From a virus, in the UHGV virus genome UHGV-1669119: a stretch of DNA of 18,390 bases. One strand, given 5' to 3'. Under the pieces are notes generated by a model. That model worked only from the letters and a program-made list of their open reading frames with translations. It did not search any database and was not told where the DNA came from. A program made the position numbers and the translations under genes. Shown here piece by piece: positions 1 through 7,365 of the stretch; the first letter of the stretch is position 1; each line of letters begins with the position of its first letter.

Positions 1-7
1 GAGACAG
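1..7. other. Possible remnant of Tn5/Nextera mosaic-end sequence (GAGACAG) at contig start
   Basis: First 7 nt equal the last 7 nt of the reverse-complemented Nextera mosaic end (AGATGTGTATAAGAGACAG); the opposite contig end carries an unambiguous adapter. Only 7 nt, and it also reads in frame with the terminase ORF, so tentative. Confidence 0.3.
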
Positions 8-402
8 TCTTTACGGGAGCCGAAACCGATAACCATTTCTTTGTTGAAGAGACAAAGCGAGCAGGCCAGTCCGATCGCGGTCCAACTGAGCCCCATTTCA
101 CGGGATTTTTCGGTAATACCATTCTCCCGATTGCCCCAGCGTTCCATAATCCAGTAGATCCACTCCTCCTGCTTAGGGAAGAGTAAAAACGGAATGGTCA
201 CCGGCAGGCCATAATCAATATTACGCGGGTCCGTTGTCATGCCCCAGTCGATGATGAACTGAGCCGGATTGGTTCGGTAAAACTGTTTTAGTGCAGGCAA
301 TATTTCAGGATTCTGGCGAATGCGCTGTAGGCGTTCCATCCGCCATTCAAAAACCATCTGGTAATCAGGATGTTTAAAATCGAAGGGGAATGGTAACGGC
401 AT
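1..402 (-). CDS. Terminase large subunit, N-terminal 134 codons (3' part lies beyond the window start)
   Basis: Minus-strand ATG at 400-402; translation [35 protein letters not shown]...[12 protein letters not shown]... is open to position 1. Sits immediately downstream of the small subunit, 2 nt after its stop. ATPase-like KSRxxGxS motif typical of phage TerL. Confidence 0.7.
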   Translation of the reverse strand, partial: MPLPFPFDFKHPDYQMVFEWRMERLQRIRQNPEILPALKQFYRTNPAQFIIDWGMTTDPRNIDYGLPVTIPFLLFPKQEEWIYWIMERWGNRENGITEKSREMGLSWTAIGLACSLCLFNKEMVIGFGSRKDCL

Positions 403-404
403 AC

Positions 405-977
405 TTAGCCCATCATTTTTCTATACGCCTCTGCAGCCTGCTCCGGCGTTAAGTTGGTAATTTCTGTTCTGACTGGTCCTCCATCAGCGCCAGTCACTTC
501 ATTTTTGACGTTGTCTTTAAACGCCTGAACAGAAACATGACGCCCAAGCAACTCAAGGTTTTTAACCTTATCAGGCCACTTAATCTTTTTAAGGATCCCG
601 ACCATTTCTCTGTCATCTCCTCGCCCCTCAAACATTTCAGCGAGGTTAAATCCACTCAGGTACCGACGCCACGATTCCGGCCACGCAGACAGAGGCTTAA
701 TACTTAAATCGTCCTCCAGGATGTCAGCCACATCGAGCCTGTCGATCTCAACCAGTCGCATCAGCACATAATTCGCATCAATGCCCAGTTGATCAATACG
801 CTCCTGCTTTAGCTCGTTGATGCGGGCGCGTATCTCAGGTTTACCGTATAGTTCAGCCCCCGTAACATGTGCTCGCCTGGAGGCGTAGCCTGCGCGAATA
901 GCTGCTTGTGTAGCATTCAGATCGACAAGAAACTCGCGACAAAACACCTCGTGTTTTGCTTTCAGCTTCTTAGTCAT
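405..977 (-). CDS. Terminase small subunit (Terminase_2 / P27-like family)
   Basis: 190 aa ORF, ATG at 975-977. N-terminal [32 protein letters not shown] is typical of phage small terminase subunits; position directly upstream of TerL. Confidence 0.75.
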   Translation of the reverse strand: MTKKLKAKHEVFCREFLVDLNATQAAIRAGYASRRAHVTGAELYGKPEIRARINELKQERIDQLGIDANYVLMRLVEIDRLDVADILEDDLSIKPLSAWPESWRRYLSGFNLAEMFEGRGDDREMVGILKKIKWPDKVKNLELLGRHVSVQAFKDNVKNEVTGADGGPVRTEITNLTPEQAAEAYRKMMG

Positions 978-1038
978 TTTATTTTCCAGTTATCAGGTCA
1001 TTATCGAAGCCCCTCCTGGAAGAGCTTCTGTAATGCTA

Positions 1039-1563
1039 TTACCGGGACTGTTCTATTTGTCGGACACCAGCCAACTGGTTATTCGCCTTCTCGATGGCTG
1101 CCAACAGTGGGTTAATCCACAGAACAGCCTGGCAATATGTCAACGTTCTGGGGGTAGTGGCACGATCACCGGCTGAGTCAATGTCCCCGGAATCGGCGTG
1201 CAATGCGCTGGCGCGTAAACGGTTCGCGTAGTTGAGCAACCCGACAGCAATATCAACAGGAACAGGGAAATCACAGTTCTTTTCACGGAGCAGAACCTCA
1301 CGGTATTTGATGACTGTCTTCTCGTGACCGATGTCGACCAGAGAATTTAATCGGCTTGCGTTTTCTGCTATCTGGTTAAAACGATTGAAGTTTAATGCCT
1401 GATTAGCTATCACTTTCCCTTGATATTCAGCTTCACCTTCCGCTTTATCAGCCCGCAACTTTTCTGCCTGATACTTGCTGTGGTAATGGTTTGCAGACCA
1501 GACGAGCGCCCCAAAGGCAGAGAAGAAAAATGCCGCGATGACAATCTTATAAGTCAGCTTCAT
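1039..1563 (-). CDS. Rz: Rz-like i-spanin (inner-membrane spanin subunit)
   Basis: 174 aa with N-terminal transmembrane segment (IVIAAFFFSAFGALVW), immediately after the endolysin with a 17-nt overlap, and containing an embedded lipoprotein ORF in the +1 frame. Sequence is not lambda Rz-like; call rests on position and architecture. Confidence 0.65.
   Translation of the reverse strand: MKLTYKIVIAAFFFSAFGALVWSANHYHSKYQAEKLRADKAEGEAEYQGKVIANQALNFNRFNQIAENASRLNSLVDIGHEKTVIKYREVLLREKNCDFPVPVDIAVGLLNYANRLRASALHADSGDIDSAGDRATTPRTLTYCQAVLWINPLLAAIEKANNQLAGVRQIEQSR
1140..1286 (-). CDS. Rz1: Rz1-like o-spanin (outer-membrane lipoprotein), embedded in Rz in the +1 frame
   Basis: Not in the ORF track (48 codons, GTG start at 1284-1286; alternative GTG at 1299-1301). 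Hand translation: VKRTVISLFLLILLSGCSTTRTVYAPAHCTPIPGTLTQPVIVPLPPER-stop. Lipobox L-S-G-C followed by a proline-rich mature part; stop TGA at 1140-1142. Confidence 0.55.
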   Translation of the reverse strand: MKRTVISLFLLILLSGCSTTRTVYAPAHCTPIPGTLTQPVIVPLPPER

Positions 1564-2023
1564 TTACCACCCCACCAGCATCTTTAAACCTGGAAATCAG
1601 GTCACCGATTTTATGTTCATACTGACCGTAACCTGCACCAGGTAACGACGCCCAGATATTGCTGCAACGGTCGATTGCCTGACGAATATCGCCACGGTCA
1701 ATCATCGGTAAAGCGCCACGCTCTTTAATCTGCTGCAGCGCCACAGCGTCCTGACTTTCTGGCGAAAAATCTTTCAGGCCAAGCTGCTTACGGTAGGCAT
1801 CCCACCAGCGTGAAAGAAGCTGATACCGGCCTGCGGCTGTTGATTTAAGCTTCGGGTTTAGCGTGACAAGTTTGCGAGGGTGATCGGAGTAATCAGTGAA
1901 CAACTCACCTCCGACAATAACGTCATAACCGTGATTACGTGTCGGTTGTCGCCCGTTATCCGTTCCTTCTGACCATGCCACCATATCCAGGAAAGCTTTA
2001 CGTTGGGAATTTAGTGTCTGCAT
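1547..2023 (-). CDS. R: Endolysin, lambda R-type lytic transglycosylase
   Basis: 158 aa; ...QRKAFLDMVAWSEGTDNGRQPTRNHGYDVIVGGELFTDYSDHPRK...DRCSNIWASLPGAGYGQ... is near-identical over long stretches to phage lambda R as I recall it. AAGGAG Shine-Dalgarno 7 nt upstream of ATG 2021-2023. Confidence 0.9.
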   Translation of the reverse strand: MQTLNSQRKAFLDMVAWSEGTDNGRQPTRNHGYDVIVGGELFTDYSDHPRKLVTLNPKLKSTAAGRYQLLSRWWDAYRKQLGLKDFSPESQDAVALQQIKERGALPMIDRGDIRQAIDRCSNIWASLPGAGYGQYEHKIGDLISRFKDAGGVVNEADL

Positions 2024-2026
2024 GAA

Positions 2027-2368
2027 TTACTCCTTAGAGCCACCAAACTTGTTACCGATTACTCGCATTGCAGCCCCACGAATAGCATCGACACCGATCA
2101 GCCCAACACCACCACCAATGGCAACAGAAAGCGATTTAGGCCATCCAACATACTCAAGAGCGGATGCAAAGGTCAGCGTCAGAGCACCACAGAGCAAAAT
2201 CTCAAGCGTTTTTCGTTTCCAGCCGCCGCCACCGCCAAAATAGGCAATGCGCAAACCAGCCATAACAATTGACATAACCACTGCGCCCAACGGCGTATCT
2301 CCACGCCACCAACTTTGTAAGAGTTCCAGTAAGTCAGGCCAGGAATGAGGAGCATTGTGCATTTTCAT
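2027..2368 (-). CDS. Class I holin with dual-start Met-Lys-Met motif
   Basis: Track ORF 2027..2386; likely true start is the MKM motif (ATG 2366-2368 and 2360-2362) preceded by GGAGGTGGG. Three predicted transmembrane segments and a charged C-terminal tail; immediately upstream of the endolysin. Confidence 0.8.
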   Translation of the reverse strand: MKMHNAPHSWPDLLELLQSWWRGDTPLGAVVMSIVMAGLRIAYFGGGGGWKRKTLEILLCGALTLTFASALEYVGWPKSLSVAIGGGVGLIGVDAIRGAAMRVIGNKFGGSKE

Positions 2369-2470
2369 ACTTCCCACCTCCGCCATTACGGGGTGTTGTT
2401 GAAAGGCGGGCCCTGCGTATACGCCCGTAGGATTGGGTTATGAGCCGTCCTTCGGTGGGCCCTGAATACA

Positions 2471-2493
2471 AAAAAAGTTCGCCATAGCGAACC
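2471..2493 (-). terminator. Rho-independent terminator (minus strand) in the late-operon leader, about 100 nt upstream of the holin
   Basis: Minus-strand RNA GUUCGC-UAUG-GCGAAC followed by UUUUUUU (plus-strand A7 at 2471-2477; stem 2478-2493). Position is compatible with a tR'-like terminator that Q would read through. Confidence 0.5.
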
Positions 2494-2719
2494 TTGTTAA
2501 ATTTGTTAAAAAAGGAGGTTATTTAACATAATGTATGTTATAGGAACCACACGATCCCCGCTCGCAATAGATTTGCGATGAAAGGCCTATTTAATCAACT
2601 TAAGTGGTCCAGAATGACGAAATTCGAGTGAATAAAAGGTGCATAAAAAAGGGCAAAAACTGCATAGCGTTTTTTCGCAGCGAAAGCCCTGTTTTATTAA
2701 CTTTTCCCCAGAATGGGGC

Positions 2720-2746
2720 AATAAAAAAGGCCCCCTTGCGGAAGCC
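2720..2746 (-). terminator. Candidate rho-independent terminator (minus strand) downstream of the Q / 113-aa ORF pair
   Basis: Minus-strand RNA GGCUUCC-GCAA-GGGGGCC (GNRA-type loop, two G-U wobble pairs) followed by UUUUUUAUU. Lies about 65 nt after the stop of ORF 2814..3155. Confidence 0.4.
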
Positions 2747-2813
2747 TCTTCGTGATGAACTGTTTTCAACGGATATCAGGCTAATCGGCTTTTTGGAATT
2801 CCACAACTATTTT

Positions 2814-3155
2814 TTATCTTACCTTGATGCCTGATGCCGTCAGATGTTTACGACAGTCCTGAATACCTTCGTTATAACCCGCATCGTAGAAGCTATCCGG
2901 CTTTGCCTTCAGCGCAGGAAGCGTAACGCTGGTAGCTCTTCGTTCGGCCAGAACACCTGCCTGAAAGAGTGTCCACATCAACTGAACTGCTGAATCACAG
3001 TAAGTAACATCTTCACTGTACAATTCTCGTTCAATCCTGATGCCAAGTTGAGCCTTCATTGATGCGCTAATATTACCTTTGACCTGCAACGACAGGTCTG
3101 GGTACCTCTGTTCCATGAAGCTTTCAAATCTGTTGCGAACGCTGATCAGAGCCAT
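2814..3155 (-). CDS. Hypothetical protein (113 aa) between Q and the late leader
   Basis: ATG 3153-3155 with AAGGGA 6 nt upstream; 31 nt after the Q stop and in a different frame. An in-frame stop 3 codons upstream of the ATG shows it is not a frameshifted Q extension. No recognisable motifs. Confidence 0.55.
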   Translation of the reverse strand: MALISVRNRFESFMEQRYPDLSLQVKGNISASMKAQLGIRIERELYSEDVTYCDSAVQLMWTLFQAGVLAERRATSVTLPALKAKPDSFYDAGYNEGIQDCRKHLTASGIKVR

Positions 3156-3186
3156 CTGGTTCCCTTACGTGATTGATTGCTGGATA

Positions 3187-3609
3187 TTATGCCGCCGAGC
3201 AGCTCCTACGCAAAGTCCTGATAGCCTGAGGCTTTGACTGAACCGACTGATCCATTTCGAGCACCACATCCAGCATGGCTAAGCAACCGTCAATAAATCC
3301 CTCTGCCGCCTGAAGCCTCTTCAGAACGTGGGTGTGAGATACGCCGAGCTTCTCACCCATCGCCCGCACGGGCATGGCCTGGACGTAATGCCACTCAAGG
3401 AGCGTGCACAGATACGGATCTTTTTTCTTCAGGCAGCTCATAGCGGAGTTGATGATAAGACCGTCATTGTCACTGCATTTCAGCCTTCCAGACTGCGTCG
3501 CGGGTAGCAGATTCTTAAACCCGGCTGCAACAGGAGGAAAGTAGACACTACCACCTTCACTCGCTGCCCAGCCACCCCAGCGCTCTAAAACCTGTTGAAT
3601 ATTACGCAT
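3187..3609 (-). CDS. Q: Late-gene antitermination protein Q (DLP12 QuuD / phage 21-82 type)
   Basis: 140 aa; MRNIQQVLERWGGWAA...CSDNDGL...LKRLQAAEGFIDGCLAMLDVVLEMD closely parallels the QuuD-type Q sequence as I recall it (MRDIQMVLERWGAWAA...). Located upstream of the lysis cassette in the same orientation. Confidence 0.75.
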   Translation of the reverse strand: MRNIQQVLERWGGWAASEGGSVYFPPVAAGFKNLLPATQSGRLKCSDNDGLIINSAMSCLKKKDPYLCTLLEWHYVQAMPVRAMGEKLGVSHTHVLKRLQAAEGFIDGCLAMLDVVLEMDQSVQSKPQAIRTLRRSCSAA

Positions 3610-3662
3610 AGCTCTGACCTCTACGTTTTGCTACGAAAAAATTTTCTGAGAACCACGTTTGT

Positions 3663-3682
3663 TTATCCGTGGGTGTGGATAA
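3663..3682. promoter_or_regulatory. DnaA-box pair: inverted TTATCCGTG / TGTGGATAA (reverse strand matches the TTATCCACA consensus exactly)
   Basis: Plus 3674-3682 tgtggataa is the reverse complement of the DnaA box consensus TTATCCACA; an imperfect inverted copy sits at 3663-3671. Located 60 nt from the iteron cluster. Confidence 0.4.
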
Positions 3683-3796
3683 CGCAGTTCCGATTCGCTT
3701 ATTACACGCTGTTATGTGCAAAAAATTCCTTGTTCGGCCTGTACCAACCTGTACCCACCTGTACCAGCTCTTTTCAAACCTTTTCCCCAAGCGACT

Positions 3797-3809
3797 TATA
3801 TATATATAT
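3797..3809. repeat. (TA)n dinucleotide tract, candidate DNA unwinding element
   Basis: tatatatatatat at 3797-3809, centred between the direct and inverted iteron blocks. Confidence 0.85.
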
Positions 3810-3870
3810 GGGGTTCTTAGTAATTAGGTTGGTACAGATGGTACAGTTGGTACTGGCCTTTAAATTCAAT

Positions 3871-3909
3871 TAGTTAAAATGTACCAACCTCTATTTTGAG
3901 GTTGGTACA
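3871..3909 (-). terminator. Hairpin plus U-tract at the primase 3' end (minus strand); formed by an iteron inverted pair
   Basis: 12-bp perfect inverted repeat TGTACCAACCTC / GAGGTTGGTACA (3880-3909) with a 6-nt spacer overlapping the primase stop codon; followed on the minus strand by UUUUAACUAAUU. May act as both terminator and iteron pair. Confidence 0.35.
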
Positions 3910-6083
3910 GGTTGGGACACCGCCTCAAAAATTCGAGTCATTTTCCCCCCAATTCGCCTTTGGGCACGCTTATACCCGCAATTTTGCAAAACATTACTAA
4001 TTCGCATTTCTTCGCGTTTTCCGATGCGGTCAGGATTTAGCCCAATCGCATCACGCAAAACATCACTTGCGCGTAAAAATTCGCAATTTCGCGGAAGTTC
4101 ATTAGTCATCAGGTCTGGCGTGTCGAGCCATTTCTCTACCGTTTCAAGCCAAGCATCCTTGATGGTGTACTGTTCATGGACACTCGCTGCCAGTTGTTCA
4201 GCCTCACGGAACTGGATACCCCCCAGACGCTGAAACACCTCACGAGCCTCAGCCCAAAGTAAAAGGAGATCTCTTTTTATCGCTTTCACGTCGACTTTCG
4301 ACACTTCCACGGGGAGCCAGCGACGGTTACCAGTCTTGTCCGCAAGGAATTCGTCCTCATTGGTGGTACCAACGAACACCAGGCGACGAGGAAACTGGGT
4401 GGCGAACTCCCGGTATTTCGGGATCCAGTTTTCGTGAGTACGCGTCACAAACGCTTTGATTGACTCCAGCTCTTTGGTATTAAGTCCGCGCAGTTCACCA
4501 ATCTCTGCCACCAGCCGACCACGCATTTTTCGAGCGAGATCATCGTCTTTTTCGGCAAAAGAGATTTCAGTAAAAAACGCAGGATCAGGGCTCAGTGCCT
4601 CCACTCCGGAAGACTTACCGCAGCCCTGCGGACCAACGAGGATCGGCACCATATCCGCTTTGATGCCTGGCTCCAGTACTCGCCCCGCCAACGCGGTCCA
4701 CATGTACATAGACACCGCACGGGTATAAGGCGTGTCGGCGGTACCGAAGTGCGTATGGTAGAAACATTCGATGCGCGGCACGCCATCCCACTCCAGTCCG
4801 TTCAGCCAAGTGATCGCTGAATCGAATGGTTGTTCATCGGCTGCAAGTAACACCACATCGCGAATAAGTTCACGACCAACAGGTTTAAATCCCCGCTTTT
4901 CCATCGTGATGCGCAGGCGCGCATAATCCGCATCGGTGAATGCCCGCCATTGTCCGGATCCTGCAGGGGCAAACATGATTTCGTCGCGGAACTGGTCAAA
5001 GCGAATATCGATGTCCACAAAATCAGGGCGTACTACTGCTTTGGCTGCGTTGCTGATTGTTGCCTCGATACGCCCCCATTTATCACGCTCGAAAGCAGGC
5101 AGCGGTAAAGGTTCCGCCACTTCGGTGCTGGTCAGATCTTCGAAATCGTCGTTGCGGATCCCGATGGCATTAAGGAAATCTCCGTCATCACGATGCGCAC
5201 AACTGGCATGCAGGCATTTAAAATGCCCCTGCTCAAAGCCCGCGGTTCCCGCAGGAAAATAAACTGTGCTTGTTGGATCGCCCCCGCTACTGTGGCCGTC
5301 TTCAAACGGACAGCGGATATATCGTTCACCATTTGCGCCATCCAGCAGCGTCCAGCCATTGGCATCAAGATATTCAGCTGTATCATCCGTCGCGCCGGGC
5401 GTGAATGCTGATCGGTCGCGCATCTTCGTGTTGCCCGCTTCGGTGGTTACCGACACAGGGAGTTGTTCAGCCAGGCGCTGCCACAGCGTTTCAAGCTGCT
5501 CACCAGTAATAGCCGGAGGTTCATCCGGCAAACCGCCGTCCCATTCAATACGCGCGCCGCTGCTGTGCGTACCGCAGGCAACGAACTGCTGCCCGTTCGC
5601 CAGCAACTCGATAATGCCCATATCCCCCGCCAGGCGATGGATACGCTTACGGAAATCACCATCAACGGCCAGCAGATACAGACACTTATTACTGTTTGCT
5701 CGCCAGCGTCGCGGCGGCAACTCACCCAGAAGTTGCACAAGCGTTTTGCGAATATCTGCCTGAATGTCTTCATCTTCGCTATCACAGTCCAGCGCCAGCC
5801 AGCCATGGCCTGTACGCACGCAGATGCCATAATCCGGTTCATTCGACCAGCGGGCAAAATCATGCTCAGTAACAACATGCCCGGTCCATTGAGCAATACC
5901 GGTGACCTGGCGGTCCCGGTTATAGCGACTCGGCGTCTTACCCAACGCTTTCAGTTTACTATCAGGGGATATGGTCGCACTGGGGTTACATACAACTGGG
6001 AGAAGATGATCAGTTCTCCCCAATACCAGGTCGAAATGAAACCACTCATCAGGCGTAGCTCCCCATGGTTTGCTATCGGACAT
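3891..6083 (-). CDS. Replication primase/helicase-like protein: N-terminal bifunctional primase-polymerase domain plus C-terminal VirE/P-loop NTPase domain (P4 alpha-like)
   Basis: 730 aa. N-terminal prim-pol style motifs (GICVRTGHGWLALDCDSED), central Cys/His cluster (CPFEDGH...HFKCLHASCAH), Walker A VGPQGCGKSS. Start ATG 6081-6083 is 3 nt after the cro stop. Confidence 0.8.
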   Translation of the reverse strand: MSDSKPWGATPDEWFHFDLVLGRTDHLLPVVCNPSATISPDSKLKALGKTPSRYNRDRQVTGIAQWTGHVVTEHDFARWSNEPDYGICVRTGHGWLALDCDSEDEDIQADIRKTLVQLLGELPPRRWRANSNKCLYLLAVDGDFRKRIHRLAGDMGIIELLANGQQFVACGTHSSGARIEWDGGLPDEPPAITGEQLETLWQRLAEQLPVSVTTEAGNTKMRDRSAFTPGATDDTAEYLDANGWTLLDGANGERYIRCPFEDGHSSGGDPTSTVYFPAGTAGFEQGHFKCLHASCAHRDDGDFLNAIGIRNDDFEDLTSTEVAEPLPLPAFERDKWGRIEATISNAAKAVVRPDFVDIDIRFDQFRDEIMFAPAGSGQWRAFTDADYARLRITMEKRGFKPVGRELIRDVVLLAADEQPFDSAITWLNGLEWDGVPRIECFYHTHFGTADTPYTRAVSMYMWTALAGRVLEPGIKADMVPILVGPQGCGKSSGVEALSPDPAFFTEISFAEKDDDLARKMRGRLVAEIGELRGLNTKELESIKAFVTRTHENWIPKYREFATQFPRRLVFVGTTNEDEFLADKTGNRRWLPVEVSKVDVKAIKRDLLLLWAEAREVFQRLGGIQFREAEQLAASVHEQYTIKDAWLETVEKWLDTPDLMTNELPRNCEFLRASDVLRDAIGLNPDRIGKREEMRISNVLQNCGYKRAQRRIGGKMTRIFEAVSQPVPTSK

Positions 6084-6086
6084 GGG

Positions 6087-6299
6087 TTAAGCCTTTTTAT
6101 CGTTTTGTGAGCCATACAACAGCCAATTAGGGTCGCAATCCAATGCTATAGACATTTCAAGAAGATAACGTGGCCGAGCAATAACACCACTTTCAATTCT
6201 GTTTATTGCCTGCTGGCTCACTCCTGTGAGCTCAGCCAACGTAACTTGCGTCATTTTGAGTTCTTTACGTCGTTCTTTTACTCGGGTCGCTAAGGTCAT
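6087..6299 (-). CDS. cro: Cro-like HTH repressor (XRE family)
   Basis: Track ORF 6087..6317 begins at a TTG; likely ATG start at 6297-6299 with GAGGTGA upstream, giving a 70-aa protein MTLATRVKERRKELKMTQVTLAELTGVSQQAINRIESG... Divergent from the cI-like gene and similar to the N-terminal HTH of that repressor. Confidence 0.75.
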   Translation of the reverse strand: MTLATRVKERRKELKMTQVTLAELTGVSQQAINRIESGVIARPRYLLEMSIALDCDPNWLLYGSQNDKKA

Positions 6300-6317
6300 T
6301 GCTTTCACCTCATACAA

Positions 6318-6419
6318 TTTTAGTGGTATTTAGCAACAACAAACGAGGTTTGTCAAATACAACAAAAATTGTTTTTAATGTGGGGATACACATTAATACA
6401 ACCCAGAAGGACTAATCCC
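6318..6419. promoter_or_regulatory. Immunity-region operator/promoter interval (OR-like) between divergent cro and cI
   Basis: Palindromes with ACAA...TTGT half-sites: ACAAACGAGGTTTGT (6338-6352) and ACAACAAAAATTGT (6358-6373). GAAGGA Shine-Dalgarno for cI at 6405-6410. Confidence 0.5.
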
Positions 6420-7043
6420 ATGTCTCTCGCAGCCCGTTTTAAAGCACGTCGTTTGGAATTAGGAATGACTCAAGTGGAAGTAGCGAATTCTGCAGGGGTT
6501 AGCCAACAATCCATAGAATCCATCGAAAGTGGACGAACCAGAAAGCCACGCAATCTTCTGGATCTGGCTAAGGCCTTGAAATGTAGCCCAGACTGGCTAC
6601 TGAACGGTAAAAATATTATGCCTCTCGCGGAGATAAGTACCAGACGCATACCTATATTAAGTTACGTTCAGGCAGGAGAGCTTACAGAAGCAAGAGACAT
6701 AACAGATCTGACAGGGGAATTTGAATATATTTTGGCAGACTCTGACATTCCAGAAACATGCTTCGCATTACGTATCGATGGCGACAGCATGCAACCAGAG
6801 TTTAAAGAAGGAGACATTGTTATCATCGATCCTGATCTATGTCCTGCACCAGGGGAGTTTGTTGTCGCCAAAAACGACGGTCACGAAGCTACATTTAAAA
6901 AATACCGTCCATTAGGAATCGGCATCGACGACTTTGAATTAATCCCCCTAAATCCTGATTACCCTATTTTTCGTAGTGCAGATATGAACTTACAGATCAT
7001 AGGTGTAATGATCGAACACCGTATTTACCGCCGTAAACGTTAG
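6420..7043 (+). CDS. cI: CI-like repressor: N-terminal HTH_XRE plus C-terminal S24 (LexA-like) self-cleaving peptidase domain
   Basis: Track ORF starts at TTG 6369; likely true start is ATG 6420 (MSLAARFKARRLELGMTQVEVANSAGVSQQSIESIESG...). Ala-Gly cleavage motif (VQAGE), catalytic GDSM serine and downstream FKK lysine. Confidence 0.85.
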   Translation: MSLAARFKARRLELGMTQVEVANSAGVSQQSIESIESGRTRKPRNLLDLAKALKCSPDWLLNGKNIMPLAEISTRRIPILSYVQAGELTEARDITDLTGEFEYILADSDIPETCFALRIDGDSMQPEFKEGDIVIIDPDLCPAPGEFVVAKNDGHEATFKKYRPLGIGIDDFELIPLNPDYPIFRSADMNLQIIGVMIEHRIYRRKR

Positions 7044-7062
7044 TATTCCCACCGTAAATATC

Positions 7063-7082
7063 GGGAGGCGTAACAGCCTCCC
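7063..7082. terminator. GC-rich stem-loop just after cI (possible weak or bidirectional terminator)
   Basis: GGGAGGC-gtaaca-GCCTCCC, 7-bp perfect stem; flanking T-tracts are poor on both strands. Confidence 0.3.
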
Positions 7083-7147
7083 TTACCCCATTTGTAAAGT
7101 CTTACAAATTAAATTCACTTAAATATCAATAAAGTAGTATTCACACC

Positions 7148-7198
7148 CCACAAAATACCACATTTGTGGTTTACATAATACAACTCAAATTGTATCTT
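7148..7198. promoter_or_regulatory. OL-like operator region downstream of cI
   Basis: CCACAAAATACCACATTTGTGG (7148-7169) and ATACAACTCAAATTGTAT (7178-7195) share the ACAA/TTGT half-site and the ATACAAC...AATTGT core with the OR palindromes. Confidence 0.4.
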
Positions 7199-7365
7199 TA
7201 GCCACAAGTCGAACGGCGCGACTCTAAACCATGCGTCGGGACCGTGGCGGGACAGGATGTCGGCAATACGGGTCAGTAAGTTCCCTTTGGGGTGCGGCGA
7301 AGCACTGTCTACTGATACAAGTCGAAGCCGCCGAACCACCAAAGTGAACTGAATGAGGAAACGGC

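Larger units (their letters stand above)
3740..3919. repeat. Iteron cluster: nine copies of a 10-bp motif (TGTACCAACC and variants) in both orientations; putative phage origin of replication
   Basis: Direct copies at 3740-3749, 3750-3759, 3760-3769 and 3880-3889; inverted copies at 3827-3836, 3837-3846, 3847-3856, 3900-3909 and 3910-3919. Immediately downstream of the primase/helicase gene and overlapping its last codons, analogous to the P4 alpha ori arrangement. Confidence 0.7.

Noticed and set aside
867-1115. 82-aa plus-strand ORF overlapping the terS start and the terS-Rz gap
   Set aside because: Antisense to terS; Cys/Ser-rich low-complexity translation; no ribosome-binding site; lies against the direction of the late operon.
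2587-2834. Three short ORFs (60-76 aa) in the Q-to-holin leader
   Set aside because: They overlap each other and the hairpin/U-tract elements; no ribosome-binding sites; the interval is better explained as regulatory leader.
3156-3186. Possibility that ORF 2814..3155 is the frameshifted C-terminal half of a longer Q protein
   Set aside because: Its reading frame has a stop only 3 codons upstream of its ATG and it has its own Shine-Dalgarno; the 140-aa Q matches the short QuuD-type Q in length, so it is called a separate gene.
3595-3873. 92-aa plus-strand ORF and 62-aa minus-strand ORF spanning the iteron region
   Set aside because: Composed largely of the repeated iteron and TA-tract sequence (translation is repetitive, YPWVWI and LVQMVQLV); region interpreted as a noncoding origin.
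3740-3919. Considered whether the short repeats could be a CRISPR array
   Set aside because: Repeats are only 10 bp, occur in both orientations and lack the regular unique spacers of a CRISPR array; there are no cas genes. An iteron/ori interpretation fits better.
5463-6110. 215-aa plus-strand ORF, together with the other ORFs at 4024-5896 on both strands inside the primase gene
   Set aside because: They lie entirely within the well-supported 730-aa primase/helicase CDS; translations are Arg/Ser/Pro-rich and low in complexity, as expected for out-of-frame or antisense reading of GC-rich coding DNA. No ribosome-binding sites noted.
7200-7365. Scanned for a tRNA or tmRNA gene in the GC-rich early-left leader (and elsewhere in the window)
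   Set aside because: No T-loop (GTTCGAATC-like), anticodon-stem or acceptor-stem/CCA arrangement could be recognised by eye; would need tRNAscan-SE to exclude formally.
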